Sequence record: JX128257
From: Escherichia phage ECML-4
Direction: 5' to 3' (one strand)
DNA length: 64,000 bases
Shown here: positions 9,649-19,220 of the stretch, in pieces
Numbering within the stretch: position 1 is the first letter of the stretch
How the letters are laid out: the number at the start of each line of letters is the position of its first letter
Program-made: the position numbers and the translations under genes
The notes under the pieces: model-generated
Told to the model about the DNA's origin: nothing
Database searches by the model: none
What the model saw: the letters and a program-made list of their open reading frames with translations, nothing else

Positions 9649-10329
9649 ATGAGCAATATGTCAGAAAGGTTACTCGCTACGCTTGATGCGGTGACCGCCC
9701 GAGACGAAGTTGGGAAGGAGGCGATGGAGGCTGTCGCCCCTCGTCCAGGTATTGACTTCGATGAAAATACAGGTGAATGGTTTGGTGAACGTCCGGAAGG
9801 GTATCAGCCGATTCCTGAACCTCCATCATTGGAAGATATCGCGTCCAAAGAATCCAAGGTTCCGGAGTTTGCGGATACTGATGCCACAACAGATTACAAG
9901 CGGATACGCGATACAACATACGCCATGCAGGAAGCCACGATGTTCATGATGGGGCAAGCTGCTAAATTAGCTGCATCTACCGAAGCCCCAAGAGCGTTTT
10001 CCGTGTTTCGTGAATTGGGCGAACTCATGCGCGGCCTGAACAAAGACCTGATGGAAAACCAAAAAACCATCAAAGCTGTGACAGGGGATAAAGAACCGCC
10101 GACTGATGACACGACAGTGGATGTTACCACTTCACCCGACGGGACCACAACAGTATCTGTTGGGAAAAAGGCGAGATCTTCGCGCGATTTATTGAAGACG
10201 ATCGAAGATGCACGCCGCCGCGCTGAAGAAAGAGCACAAGCAAAGGCCGCACAACAACCAGAAGATGAAATCATTGATGGTGAAACAGTTGACGTGAAGG
10301 AAGAAGACGATGGCGTATCAGAAGCGTGA
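9649..10329 (+). CDS. 16: Terminase small subunit gp16
   Basis: GGAGG site 8 nt upstream of ATG; central region (EAPRAFSVFRELGELMRGLNKDLMENQKTIK) resembles T4 gp16 ([30 protein letters not shown]); directly upstream of the large subunit. Confidence 0.65.
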   Translation: MSNMSERLLATLDAVTARDEVGKEAMEAVAPRPGIDFDENTGEWFGERPEGYQPIPEPPSLEDIASKESKVPEFADTDATTDYKRIRDTTYAMQEATMFMMGQAAKLAASTEAPRAFSVFRELGELMRGLNKDLMENQKTIKAVTGDKEPPTDDTTVDVTTSPDGTTTVSVGKKARSSRDLLKTIEDARRRAEERAQAKAAQQPEDEIIDGETVDVKEEDDGVSEA

Positions 10330-12520
10330 TATAGAATATGCCCCAATTAAAACGGGGTTCAAAATAGACGATGTGAAATTGCGTATGGACCAAACGTTCA
10401 TGCGCAAACCTTCTGTGCGTGCTCCTCGAGTCGAGTTAATGCTGACAGATGAACAAGAAGACGAATTCGTTGAATGTTCTATGGATGCACACTACTTCGC
10501 CGCCAACTATTACAAGATAACCACGATCGATAAAGGCTTTATCCTTTTCGATATGCATGATTATCAGAAACAATTGTTCCATGACTTTCAGGACTATCGA
10601 TTCAATGCGGTCGTCCAGGCTCGTCAGTCCGGTAAATGCGTCCGTGGTGATACTCTTGTTTATGTCTATGATACAATCAGTCAACAAGAGTTGCATCTCA
10701 CCATAGAAGAGCTTCACAAGCGCTTCGAAGGACCGAACCATGCTGTGCCACTGAATACCATTGGCAACCACAATAAGTTTGTAGACAGCCGTTTCGGGAA
10801 ACGATATTTTGTTGAGTCCGACACTGGCTGGGTTCCGGTTATTGCCGCTCATAAAACGAAAGAATACGCTGAATACGTGGTCAGGACTGAAACCGGACGC
10901 ACAATTCATGTCGCAGATGAGCACATGTTCTTCAATGAATATGGGCGCGAAGTATTTGCTAAAGACATGGAGGCTGGAGATGCCATAATGACCCAGGAGG
11001 GAATAGAATTCATCTCTGAGATCTGGGAGACTGGTGAGTACCACCACATGTATGACTTGCAAGTCAAGTCCAGCGATCAACGTTATTACACGAATGGGTT
11101 CCTCAGCCATAATACCACGGTCGTGGCTGCGTTTCTTCTTTGGTATGCGATGTTCCACTCAGACAAAGAAATCGCGGTACTGGCAAACAAAGAGAAACAA
11201 GCGATTGAAATTCTTGACCGTATCAGGAAGGCGTATCAGGACCTCCCATTCTTCCTTCAGCAGGGTTGTGAGAAGTTTGGTTCTACACTGATAGAGTTTG
11301 AGAACGGCTCTAAGATATATGCTTATGCAACGTCTTCGGACTCTATTCGTGGTCGTTCTGTATCTCTCTTGTACGTGGACGAAGTCGCATTCATCGAAAA
11401 TGACTTTGAATTTTGGGAATCAACATTCCCAGCGATCGCATCTGCTGATACTTCACGTTGTATTCTGACCAGTACTCCGAAAGGCCAGCGAGGGTTGTTC
11501 TATGATATCGTCACCAAAGCAGACCCGCGCCATCCGCAATACAACGACTTCCATCTTACCGAAGTCCCTTGGTACAAGGTTCCGGCGTACACCAAAGACC
11601 CTGATTGGGAAACCAAACAACGCGCTCGTCTGGGGGATGCCCGTTTTGACCAGGAATTTGGAATCAAGTTCCGTGGTTCTGTAGGTTCATTGATACCAGC
11701 CAAATGCTTGGATAAAATGACATCCAAGTTATATCGAGAGCCTAATGAGTTCACCAAAATTTACAAGGAATATGACCCGCAACGCATCTACTTCGGGATC
11801 GCAGATACGGGGAAAGGTGTTGAAGGAGATTATTCGGTTCTGACAATTCTGGATATAACGGAATACCCGCATGTCATAGCGGCCAAGTACAGGAACAATA
11901 CAATACCTCCGATGATGTATGCATACACGATAGCTGATATGTGTACTGAATACGGGGAGTGTCCAGTCCTTGTAGAAACCAACAACGACGTTGGTGGACA
12001 GGTTATTACAATCTTGTATCAAGAAATTGAGTATCCAGAGATTATATTCACGTCGACGGATAACAAAGGGACAGGGAAACGGATTGGTGGTCGTAAACCA
12101 GAGCCAGGCATTAACACCAACAGGAAAGTGCGATCTATTGGTTGTGCTAACCTGAAAGCGCTTATTGAGAAAGAAATGTTGGTGATTGAAGATCAAGACA
12201 CGATAGATGAACTCAGCACATTCGTGTTCCGTGGTGCGCGTTATGAAGCAGATGATGGATGTCACGACGACTGCGTTATGCCGTTGGTATTATATTCTTG
12301 GGCAGTTAAACAAGAATGGTTCAGTGATCTGACTTCTACCAGTATTTCTCAAGACATGAGAAATAGAATGTCTTCGACTGAGTCACAACAAGTATTCCCA
12401 TTTGGTGGTTTAGTCGTGGGAGACACTCCATCTGGAACTGAGCATCTCCCTGGGTTCGGTGGTGTTCAAGTCTTCGACGAACGTTCAGGGATGACAATGG
12501 ACGAGTGGTTTAAGAATTGA
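10310..12520 (+). CDS. 17: Terminase large subunit gp17, interrupted by an in-frame mini-intein
   Basis: Walker A region QARQSGK/TTVVAAF flanks the insertion; downstream LLYVDEVAFI (Walker B-like) and nuclease region align with T4 gp17. Confidence 0.85.
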   Translation: MAYQKRDIEYAPIKTGFKIDDVKLRMDQTFMRKPSVRAPRVELMLTDEQEDEFVECSMDAHYFAANYYKITTIDKGFILFDMHDYQKQLFHDFQDYRFNAVVQARQSGKCVRGDTLVYVYDTISQQELHLTIEELHKRFEGPNHAVPLNTIGNHNKFVDSRFGKRYFVESDTGWVPVIAAHKTKEYAEYVVRTETGRTIHVADEHMFFNEYGREVFAKDMEAGDAIMTQEGIEFISEIWETGEYHHMYDLQVKSSDQRYYTNGFLSHNTTVVAAFLLWYAMFHSDKEIAVLANKEKQAIEILDRIRKAYQDLPFFLQQGCEKFGSTLIEFENGSKIYAYATSSDSIRGRSVSLLYVDEVAFIENDFEFWESTFPAIASADTSRCILTSTPKGQRGLFYDIVTKADPRHPQYNDFHLTEVPWYKVPAYTKDPDWETKQRARLGDARFDQEFGIKFRGSVGSLIPAKCLDKMTSKLYREPNEFTKIYKEYDPQRIYFGIADTGKGVEGDYSVLTILDITEYPHVIAAKYRNNTIPPMMYAYTIADMCTEYGECPVLVETNNDVGGQVITILYQEIEYPEIIFTSTDNKGTGKRIGGRKPEPGINTNRKVRSIGCANLKALIEKEMLVIEDQDTIDELSTFVFRGARYEADDGCHDDCVMPLVLYSWAVKQEWFSDLTSTSISQDMRNRMSSTESQQVFPFGGLVVGDTPSGTEHLPGFGGVQVFDERSGMTMDEWFKN
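10637..11113 (+). mobile_element. Mini-intein (159 aa, Hint domain only) inside the terminase P-loop
   Basis: Begins with Cys (CVRGDTLV, block A), ends YDLQVKSSDQRYYTNGFLSHN (blocks F/G) with Thr at +1; host protein reads QARQSGK-TTVVAAF once removed. No endonuclease domain visible. Confidence 0.75.
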
Positions 12521-12523
12521 TCA

Positions 12524-12530
12524 CTAAATA
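12524..12530 (+). promoter_or_regulatory. Putative late promoter element CTAAATA
   Basis: cactAAATATCTTTCAAATTGAG, 43 nt before the sheath ATG. Confidence 0.45.
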
Positions 12531-12572
12531 TCTTTCAAATTGAGCGAAACTCTACCGAGAAGGAATAACATT

Positions 12573-14468
12573 ATGGCAACTCAAAGCTTCAGCGTTGCGC
12601 CGTCCGTACAGTGGACTGAGCGTGATGCCACGCTTCAGACTTCTCCGTCCGTGGTTGTTCAGGGCGCGACAGTCGGCAAATTTCAATGGGGTGAAGTCGA
12701 ACTCCCAGTGCTGGTGACTGGTGGTGAGACGGGTTTGGTGAAGAAATTCTTCAAACCTAATGACAGCACTGCGACAGATTTCCTTGTGATTGCAGACTTT
12801 TTGTCTTACAGCTCTATGGCATGGGTCACTCGTGTTGTTGGTCCTCTGGCCAAGAACTCTGTCACCAAAGGCCAGACAGCCATCACGATCAAAAACAAGC
12901 TGGATTTTGAAACAGCAAGTCCGTCAGCGTCTATCACTTGGGCTGGTCGTTATCCAGGATCTCTGGGGAATGACATCGCCATCAATGTTTGTGACTCCGC
13001 TGGATTCCCGACATGGGAATTCCGTAACAACTTTGCGTACGCACCTCAGTCTGGTGAATTCCATGTTGTGGTTGTAGACAAAGTTGGGCGCATTACTGAC
13101 TCTGCAGGCGCAGTCGGTCAGGTTGACCGTATATCTGTTTCTGGCACGGCAACTGCAGCTGGCACCATCAGTGTGGCAGGTGAAGATATCGCATATCTGG
13201 ATACTGATACTCCGGCCACTTTGGCGACCAAAATTGGCGCGGCGCTGACGGCGCTAACAGATGTTTATTCTTCTGTCGTTGTTAAGTCTAACACTGTCAT
13301 CGTGACCCATAAAGCTATTGGTCCCCAGACAGTTACTGCTATTGTTCCAGATGATAAGGGGCTGACTGCAACCGCCGTGATTACCACTGTTGGTGCATCT
13401 GGTTCTATTATCGAAAAATACGAACTCATGCAGAACACACAGGGTTCCAAAAAGTCCGATGGCGCGAATGCGTACTTCAAAGATGTCATCAATGATACAT
13501 CAAATTGGGTGTACACCTTCGCTACCGCTCTGGCCGCAGATGTTGTTGAATTAGAAGGCGGCGTAGACGACTACAATATCAACCGTGTCGCGGCTATCCA
13601 AGTTCTGAACAATGCCGAAGCATATGATGCGAAGCCAGTATTTGCATACTGTGAAGAGTTGATTGAACAACAGGCATTAATCGACTTGTCTACCGAGCGA
13701 AAAGACACCGTTTCCTTCGTGTCGCCTTTGCGTGATACCGTGGTCGGCAACCGTGGCCGTGAGATGGACGATGTGGTCGCTTGGCGTGAAAGTCTGGTGC
13801 GCGACTCCTCCTATTTCTTCATGGACGACAACTGGGCATACGTGTACGATAAATACAACGATAAGATGCGCTGGATCCCTGCTTGCGGCGGTACAGCGGG
13901 TGTTTGGGCACGTAGTATTGAAATCGCGGGTATCTACAAATCTCCTGCGTTCCACAACCGTGGCAAATACAACAACTACAATCGAATGGCGTGGTCTGCG
14001 TCTTCCGATGAACGTGCCGTGTTGTACCGCAACCAGATTAACAGCATCGTGACCTTCTCCAATGAAGGTATCGTGTTGTATGGTGACAAAACTGGTCTGA
14101 CACGTCCGTCTGCTTTCGATCGTATCAATGTTCGCGGTCTGTTTATTATGGCAGAACAGAACATCGCTGCAATCGCCAAATATTACCTTGGTGAGAACAA
14201 TGATGCGTTCACTCGCAGTCTGTTCAGCAACGCTGTTCGTCCTTATATTCGCCAGCTGGCAAATATGGGCGCGATCTACGATGGTAAAGTCAAGTGTGAC
14301 GAAGATAACAACACTGCTGACGTTATTGCGGCAAACCAGATGGTCGCTGGTATCTGGCTGAAACCGGAATACAGCATTAATTGGATCTACTTGGATTTTG
14401 CTGCCGTTCGACCGGACATGGAGTTCAGCGAGATCGAGTCCGGCGGCGGTATCGTCGCGGCGTCCTAA
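12573..14468 (+). CDS. 18: Tail sheath protein gp18
   Basis: N-terminal GATVGKFQWG matches T4 gp18 (AALAGKFQWG); C-terminal block (GDKTGLTRPSAFDRINVRGLF) matches T4 (GDKTATSVPSPFDRINVRRLF); ATG with AGAAGGAA site. Confidence 0.85.
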   Translation: MATQSFSVAPSVQWTERDATLQTSPSVVVQGATVGKFQWGEVELPVLVTGGETGLVKKFFKPNDSTATDFLVIADFLSYSSMAWVTRVVGPLAKNSVTKGQTAITIKNKLDFETASPSASITWAGRYPGSLGNDIAINVCDSAGFPTWEFRNNFAYAPQSGEFHVVVVDKVGRITDSAGAVGQVDRISVSGTATAAGTISVAGEDIAYLDTDTPATLATKIGAALTALTDVYSSVVVKSNTVIVTHKAIGPQTVTAIVPDDKGLTATAVITTVGASGSIIEKYELMQNTQGSKKSDGANAYFKDVINDTSNWVYTFATALAADVVELEGGVDDYNINRVAAIQVLNNAEAYDAKPVFAYCEELIEQQALIDLSTERKDTVSFVSPLRDTVVGNRGREMDDVVAWRESLVRDSSYFFMDDNWAYVYDKYNDKMRWIPACGGTAGVWARSIEIAGIYKSPAFHNRGKYNNYNRMAWSASSDERAVLYRNQINSIVTFSNEGIVLYGDKTGLTRPSAFDRINVRGLFIMAEQNIAAIAKYYLGENNDAFTRSLFSNAVRPYIRQLANMGAIYDGKVKCDEDNNTADVIAANQMVAGIWLKPEYSINWIYLDFAAVRPDMEFSEIESGGGIVAAS

Positions 14469-14471
14469 ATA
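14465..14471 (+). promoter_or_regulatory. Putative late promoter element CTAAATA overlapping the sheath stop codon
   Basis: cCTAAATATAAG, 33 nt before the homing endonuclease ATG. Confidence 0.35.
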
Positions 14472-14478
14472 TAAGACA

Positions 14479-14502
14479 CATGCCCTCTTCGGAGGGCATT
14501 TC
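14479..14502 (+). terminator. Hairpin (TGCCCTC-ttcg-GAGGGCA then TTTC)
   Basis: Inverted repeat after the sheath gene; it contains the ribosome-binding site of the next gene, so it may be an attenuator rather than a full terminator. Confidence 0.4.
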
Positions 14503-14503
14503 A

Positions 14504-15226
14504 ATGATCTTTATAATAGAGAACATCGAAATGATCGGAAGTGTCTACAAAATCACAAATCTCACCAACCAGAAAGCCTATATCGGGATCACCACACGCG
14601 ACCCAATAGACAGGTGGTGGGAGCATTGCAACAACGCTCAGAACGGCTCTGATTACTTCATTCACCAGGCCATCCGTAAATACGGCGAAGAATCATTCTC
14701 GGTTCAGGTAATCGCGCAGACCAATTCTATAGAAGACCTCAAAGAATTAGAGATCATCTTGATAAAACAGCACGGCACTCATATGTCTACACAGAAAGGT
14801 TATAACAAGACTTGGGGTGGTGACGGCGCAACTTCTTCAGGGAAAGCGGGGGCAATAGACGTTAATACTGGTGAACGTTTAGGACTAATAGATTGTTCAG
14901 ATCCTCGTTGGGATATGGGGGAGATTATTAGTTGCAGACATGGAGTCAAACATAAAGATAATACCAGGTTGTCCAACTATGCCAAAACTCGGACTGGCGT
15001 TAAGAACCCCAATGCCAAGAAGTTCAAACTGATTTCACCATCCGGTGAAGAACATGAGATACATGGGAATTGCAAAGAATATGTGGAAAGCCTTGGGTTG
15101 AAATATTCAGCTCTTTATGATTATATTGAGAAAGACATCCCTGTTCCTCCGCCTTCTATATTTCATAAGAAGAATGCTTCACAAGAACGATTGAACACTG
15201 TTGGGTGGAGACTCGAAAGAATATGA
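14504..15226 (+). CDS. GIY-YIG homing endonuclease (free-standing, Seg-like)
   Basis: N-terminal VYKITNLTNQKAYIGIT (GIY-YIG) plus downstream R and E/N positions; GGAGGG site upstream; inserted between the conserved sheath and tube genes. Confidence 0.75.
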   Translation: MIFIIENIEMIGSVYKITNLTNQKAYIGITTRDPIDRWWEHCNNAQNGSDYFIHQAIRKYGEESFSVQVIAQTNSIEDLKELEIILIKQHGTHMSTQKGYNKTWGGDGATSSGKAGAIDVNTGERLGLIDCSDPRWDMGEIISCRHGVKHKDNTRLSNYAKTRTGVKNPNAKKFKLISPSGEEHEIHGNCKEYVESLGLKYSALYDYIEKDIPVPPPSIFHKKNASQERLNTVGWRLERI

Positions 15227-15681
15227 TATACGCATACAAAATTGAAATGGTTTGTAATGGAAAGGTCTACATCGGTGTGACCAATCACCCACAACGAAGA
15301 TATGATCAGCATTTTGCGAATGCCTTTCATCATGGAGTCCAAAGTGAATTGTATGACGCCATGCGTAAGTATGGAACATCTGGATTTACTTTCGTTGTAA
15401 TTGCTCAGACCGATGAAGTCCATAAATGGGAATTAGAGAAGCAACTCATCGCTCAATATAATTCTTATGAGATGGGTTACAACATGAATAAAGGCGGTAA
15501 TGATGGAAGTCATATGCTGGGTAAAACTGCAGCAAAATTGACATCCACAGGTGAACACATTGGTCTTGTTTCTCTCATAGATCCCCGTTGGGAATTGTGT
15601 GAAATCGAACCTGTTTCAAGTAATGTTCATCATGGTTTCGATCTTTCTTCTATGAAGATTAAAAGATTGACGACTAATTAG
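15223..15681 (+). CDS. Second GIY-YIG homing endonuclease paralogue, shorter (about 152 aa)
   Basis: IYAYKIEMVCNGKVYIGVT motif; shares a DPRW(D/E) block with the upstream copy; start overlaps the upstream stop (ATGA). Confidence 0.6.
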   Translation: MIYAYKIEMVCNGKVYIGVTNHPQRRYDQHFANAFHHGVQSELYDAMRKYGTSGFTFVVIAQTDEVHKWELEKQLIAQYNSYEMGYNMNKGGNDGSHMLGKTAAKLTSTGEHIGLVSLIDPRWELCEIEPVSSNVHHGFDLSSMKIKRLTTN

Positions 15682-15711
15682 AATTGTGTACTCTTATTTG
15701 GAGATATAAAA

Positions 15712-16245
15712 ATGGCGACAGTCAATGAGTTTCGCGCAGCCATGTCACGAGGGGGCGGCGTACAACGCCAACACCGCTGGCGTGTGACTGTAAACTTTCC
15801 TTCTTTTGTTGCTGGTTCCGACACAATTCGCGACGTGTCCTTGCTGGCTGTAACTACCAACACCCCGACAGGTCAGCTGGGTGAAATTCTGGTGCCCTGG
15901 GGTGGTCGTGAACTTCCATTCCCAGGCGACCGTCGTTTCGAAGCACTGCCTGTAACATTCATTAACGTTGTGAACAACGCGCCGTACAACGCATTTGAAG
16001 TGTGGCAGCAATTCATCAATGGTAGTGAAAACAACCGTGCCAGCGCGAATCCAGATGATTATTTCCGTGATATCATCATGGAGCTTCTGGATGCGAATGA
16101 CAATGTCACCAAGACATGGACTTTGCAGGGTGGCTGGCCTCAAAACCTCGGCCAATTGGAACTCGATATGTCTGCGATGGACTCTTATACACAGTTCACC
16201 GTCGATCTGCGTTATTTCCAAGCCGTGTCAGACAAATCTTTATAA
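15712..16245 (+). CDS. 19: Tail tube protein gp19
   Basis: C-terminus GGWPQNLGQLELDMSAMDSYTQFTVDLRYFQ matches T4 gp19 (GLWPTNVGELQLDWDSNNEIQTFEVTLALDYWE). Confidence 0.85.
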   Translation: MATVNEFRAAMSRGGGVQRQHRWRVTVNFPSFVAGSDTIRDVSLLAVTTNTPTGQLGEILVPWGGRELPFPGDRRFEALPVTFINVVNNAPYNAFEVWQQFINGSENNRASANPDDYFRDIIMELLDANDNVTKTWTLQGGWPQNLGQLELDMSAMDSYTQFTVDLRYFQAVSDKSL

Positions 16246-16255
16246 TGTCCTCGGT

Positions 16256-16276
16256 GCTGGGGGAATCATATTCCCC
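16256..16276 (+). terminator. Hairpin after the tube gene (GGGGAAT-cat-ATTCCCC), no clear T-run
   Basis: Perfect inverted repeat; probably a partial terminator or RNA stability element. Confidence 0.35.
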
Positions 16277-16312
16277 CTCACTAATTACAAGAAAATGTTG
16301 AGGACTTAGATC

Positions 16313-17995
16313 ATGGCTGGATACGGCAGAGGGTTCTTCGGTTTGTTTGGCGGCGGCGGTTTGGTGAACGCTAAAGTCGACACCGATAAGTTAGCCCAAA
16401 AACAAGATGAACGGTTGCTAACCAAAGCGACAGTTGTTGCTCTGGACGACGCTCAAGACGGTTCTATAATCCTTCAGGGTGGTGCGAACACCTACAACTA
16501 TGTTGGCGTTGAAAGTGAACTTCTCAGCGTTAAAACAGTTGTGGAAGAATATCAGTCCATGGCTCAACAGCCTGAAATTCGCAAAGCGGTGGACATTATT
16601 GTCAATGATGTTGTCACCTGTGAGGAAGATGAAACTCCAGTGACAGTAAACCTTGACAAAGTTGAAGGGATATCTGATACTGTTAAAGAATCTATCACTG
16701 AATGCTTCAAAGAAGTTATGCACTTGATGGACTTTGACAATACGGCATATCAGAAGATCCGGAAATGGTATGTTGACGGTCGACAAGCATATCATGTCAT
16801 CGTTGATCCCACGAATAAAAAAGGCGGGATCAAGAAATTGGTTATGCTTGATTCTCGTTGCATTCGTCCTGTCTATATCGTTGAGAAGGCGATGCGTGAA
16901 GGCGGTATTGAAGCAATAGAATCTGTAACATTGAAGTATTATTACAACCCGAATTATAATCGAAACCAATTCACTGGCCAATCTGGTACTTCCCAGAACT
17001 TCCAGCCTTCACAGCAAGAACTCGTATTCGATGACGAAAGCATTGTTTACATCGATAGTGGTGAAGAGCCATTGGCCAATGGTATTGTCCCAGGCCTTTT
17101 AAATCCTGCTATCCGTCCGTTGAACAACCTGGTTACGACTGAAGATGCGACTGTAATTTATGCCATCACTCGCGCCCCTGAGAAACGCGCATTCTATCTT
17201 GACGTCGGTACTCTCGGTAAGAAATCTGCTGAAGAATACATGACCATGATGATGGGTAAATTCAAAAACCGCAACGCATATGACCGCACCACTGGTAAGA
17301 TAACAGGTAATGCCCATCTTATGGGTATTGCAGAGGATTATTGGTTGCCGCGCCGCGAAGGTCAGAATGCTACAGAGATCGCGACTGTTGGGGGTGGGAA
17401 TCAATTGGGTGAAATGGATCACGTGAACTATTTCCGTGAAAAACTCTATGATGCTCTAATGATCCCTAAGAGCCGCCTCCAAGAGGAAGGATCTATTAAC
17501 ATTGGGGGTTCTAACCTTGCGGAGATTACACAGGAAGAGCTGCGTTTCAGCAAGTTCTGTGCTGGGTTACGTCGTCGTTACTCCCATTTCTTTATGGAGT
17601 TTTTACGTCGCCAATTAATTTTAAAAGGTGTGACTGACGAAAAAGATTGGAATGAAAAAATCAAGCCGTTTATTAAGTTTGAATTCACTTCTGATAGCTA
17701 TATTCGTGAGCAACAAGAAAACGCCATATTAAATGATCGCCTGGCTTCTCTGAACACTGTTGAGCCTTTTGTTGGTTCTATATTCTCCATCGATTATGTC
17801 ATGCGGAATGTTCTGCGTATGTCAGACGAAGAAGTTAAAGAACAACAGGCTAAGATCGCGGAAGAGAAGAAGAAAGGTCTCTATCCGAAGGTTCAAGCAG
17901 ATGAAACTGGCAATTATAGTGGTTCAGATGTTAGTCCGTTGAAGTTTAAACCTGAGACTCTCCCATTCTCCGGTTCAACAGACGATAGTATTTAA
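16313..17995 (+). CDS. 20: Portal protein gp20
   Basis: 560 aa, immediately downstream of the tube gene as in T4; a late-promoter-like variant CTAATTA lies 26 nt upstream. Confidence 0.8.
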   Translation: MAGYGRGFFGLFGGGGLVNAKVDTDKLAQKQDERLLTKATVVALDDAQDGSIILQGGANTYNYVGVESELLSVKTVVEEYQSMAQQPEIRKAVDIIVNDVVTCEEDETPVTVNLDKVEGISDTVKESITECFKEVMHLMDFDNTAYQKIRKWYVDGRQAYHVIVDPTNKKGGIKKLVMLDSRCIRPVYIVEKAMREGGIEAIESVTLKYYYNPNYNRNQFTGQSGTSQNFQPSQQELVFDDESIVYIDSGEEPLANGIVPGLLNPAIRPLNNLVTTEDATVIYAITRAPEKRAFYLDVGTLGKKSAEEYMTMMMGKFKNRNAYDRTTGKITGNAHLMGIAEDYWLPRREGQNATEIATVGGGNQLGEMDHVNYFREKLYDALMIPKSRLQEEGSINIGGSNLAEITQEELRFSKFCAGLRRRYSHFFMEFLRRQLILKGVTDEKDWNEKIKPFIKFEFTSDSYIREQQENAILNDRLASLNTVEPFVGSIFSIDYVMRNVLRMSDEEVKEQQAKIAEEKKKGLYPKVQADETGNYSGSDVSPLKFKPETLPFSGSTDDSI

Positions 17996-18002
17996 AGTTC
18001 AA

Positions 18003-18009
18003 CTAAATA
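18003..18009 (+). promoter_or_regulatory. Putative late promoter element CTAAATA
   Basis: aaCTAAATATAG, 28 nt before the ATG at 18037. Confidence 0.4.
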
Positions 18010-18036
18010 TAGAAAATTAATTCGGAGATCAAAATC

Positions 18037-18207
18037 ATGAGCGCAATTGATATCGTTCGTGCAGTAATTGACGGTGACACTGAAACTGCTGTTGCAGAAT
18101 GCAACATGGAACTTGATGCACGTAGTCAAGAACTATTGAACCAAGGCACAGCATATGTTCTGGATTCTATCGCAGCCGATATGAATTCAAACAACAACGG
18201 CCAGTAA
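18037..18207 (+). CDS. Small prohead core protein (gp67-like by position)
   Basis: 56-aa ORF absent from the supplied track (below its length cut-off); GGAG site upstream; sits between portal and protease as in T4. Confidence 0.45.
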   Translation: MSAIDIVRAVIDGDTETAVAECNMELDARSQELLNQGTAYVLDSIAADMNSNNNGQ

Positions 18208-18215
18208 GGAGATGC

Positions 18216-18533
18216 ATGATGGAAATCACAGAGATCGCCACGTTCGCTGATTTCCTGGCCTCTCGTATGGACGAGCAGCGAGTCATCGATAAAGTGAACG
18301 CTCGTGGTAAACGCCGCCGCCGCTTGAAATGTGCCCCTGGGTTCAAATTGTCGGCTGATGGTTCACGTTGTGAAGTTATGGACGCCAGCGAACGTCGTGT
18401 TCGCAAGATCGGCAACCGCAAAGCCCTCCGCTCTAAAAAGCGTATGGGAATGGGCTATCAACGTAAAATCGAGCGCCGCAAGAAAAAGGCTATGAAGTTC
18501 CGCAAAATGATGGGACTGAGTAAGAACAAGTAA
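18216..18533 (+). CDS. Highly basic prohead core/internal protein (gp68-like by position)
   Basis: AAGGAG site; Arg/Lys-rich (RRRRLK, RRKKKAMKFRK); located between the gp67-like and gp21 genes. Confidence 0.45.
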   Translation: MMEITEIATFADFLASRMDEQRVIDKVNARGKRRRRLKCAPGFKLSADGSRCEVMDASERRVRKIGNRKALRSKKRMGMGYQRKIERRKKKAMKFRKMMGLSKNK

Positions 18534-18540
18534 GGAGTTT

Positions 18541-19209
18541 ATGATGAAACTGTTGCGTGAGATCACAGCGATAGGGAAGGATCTTCAAATCGGTGAGGCC
18601 ACAACCTCAACTGGTGGGAAGGCCATGTTCATCGAAGGTCCGTTTGTGATGTGTAACCAAGTCAACCGTAACGGGCGTAACTATGATCTGCAGAAAGTGG
18701 GTATTCCTGCTGTCGAAGCATACGACAAAGAGTATATCCAAGATCGTCGCGCAATCGGTGAAGTCACACATCCTGACTATCCTTTCCCTAATTTAGTGGA
18801 AGCTGCGCTCAAAACCGAATCCCTTCGCTGGGAAGGCACTAATGCCATCGGTCGGGCGCGAATTTTAAACACACCAAAAGGCCAAATCATTCGTGCATTG
18901 GCCGAAGCAGACTTCAATCTGGCCGTATCTACTCGTGGCCTGGGTGAGACTAAGTCGGTAAGCGGTTATGATGATGTTCAGCCTGGCTTTATGCTTACCG
19001 CCGTTGACGCAGTTGACCGTCCTTCTGGACAAGTTTGTTATGTTAAGGCTGTGAGTGAATCTGTTGAATGGCAGCTGGACGAGGCTTCGGGTATTTGGAT
19101 GCCTCGTGATGTTAAAGGGAAAGTTGTAGACCAGTTGGTGAAAGCCAATATCCAGGTTGAAGACGATTTCCTGCGCCGCCTTGATGCAGCATTGAATCAT
19201 CTGGGCTGA
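18541..19209 (+). CDS. 21: Prohead core protein and protease gp21
   Basis: IGEVTHP / AVSTRGLGE / TAVDAVDRP align with T4 gp21 LGELNHP / GVSSRGLGS / VGVDAVWGP. Confidence 0.8.
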   Translation: MMKLLREITAIGKDLQIGEATTSTGGKAMFIEGPFVMCNQVNRNGRNYDLQKVGIPAVEAYDKEYIQDRRAIGEVTHPDYPFPNLVEAALKTESLRWEGTNAIGRARILNTPKGQIIRALAEADFNLAVSTRGLGETKSVSGYDDVQPGFMLTAVDAVDRPSGQVCYVKAVSESVEWQLDEASGIWMPRDVKGKVVDQLVKANIQVEDDFLRRLDAALNHLG

Positions 19210-19220
19210 ATTTCAGCTCA

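Noticed and set aside
10637-11113. Possibility that the terminase insertion is a group I intron carrying an endonuclease
   Set aside because: The reading frame is continuous through the insertion with no stops or frame change, and the insert has intein splice-junction residues (Cys-1, terminal HN, Thr+1), so protein splicing is far more likely.
10436-11158. 240-aa minus-strand ORF inside the terminase large-subunit gene
   Set aside because: Fully antisense to a confidently identified CDS (terminase plus intein); low-complexity translation; typical shadow ORF.
13677-14504. 275-aa minus-strand ORF inside the tail sheath gene
   Set aside because: Antisense to the gp18 homologue; Arg/Thr/Val-rich composition typical of a shadow frame; no ribosome-binding site.
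16418-16981. 187-aa minus-strand ORF inside the portal gene
   Set aside because: Antisense to the gp20 CDS; no independent support.
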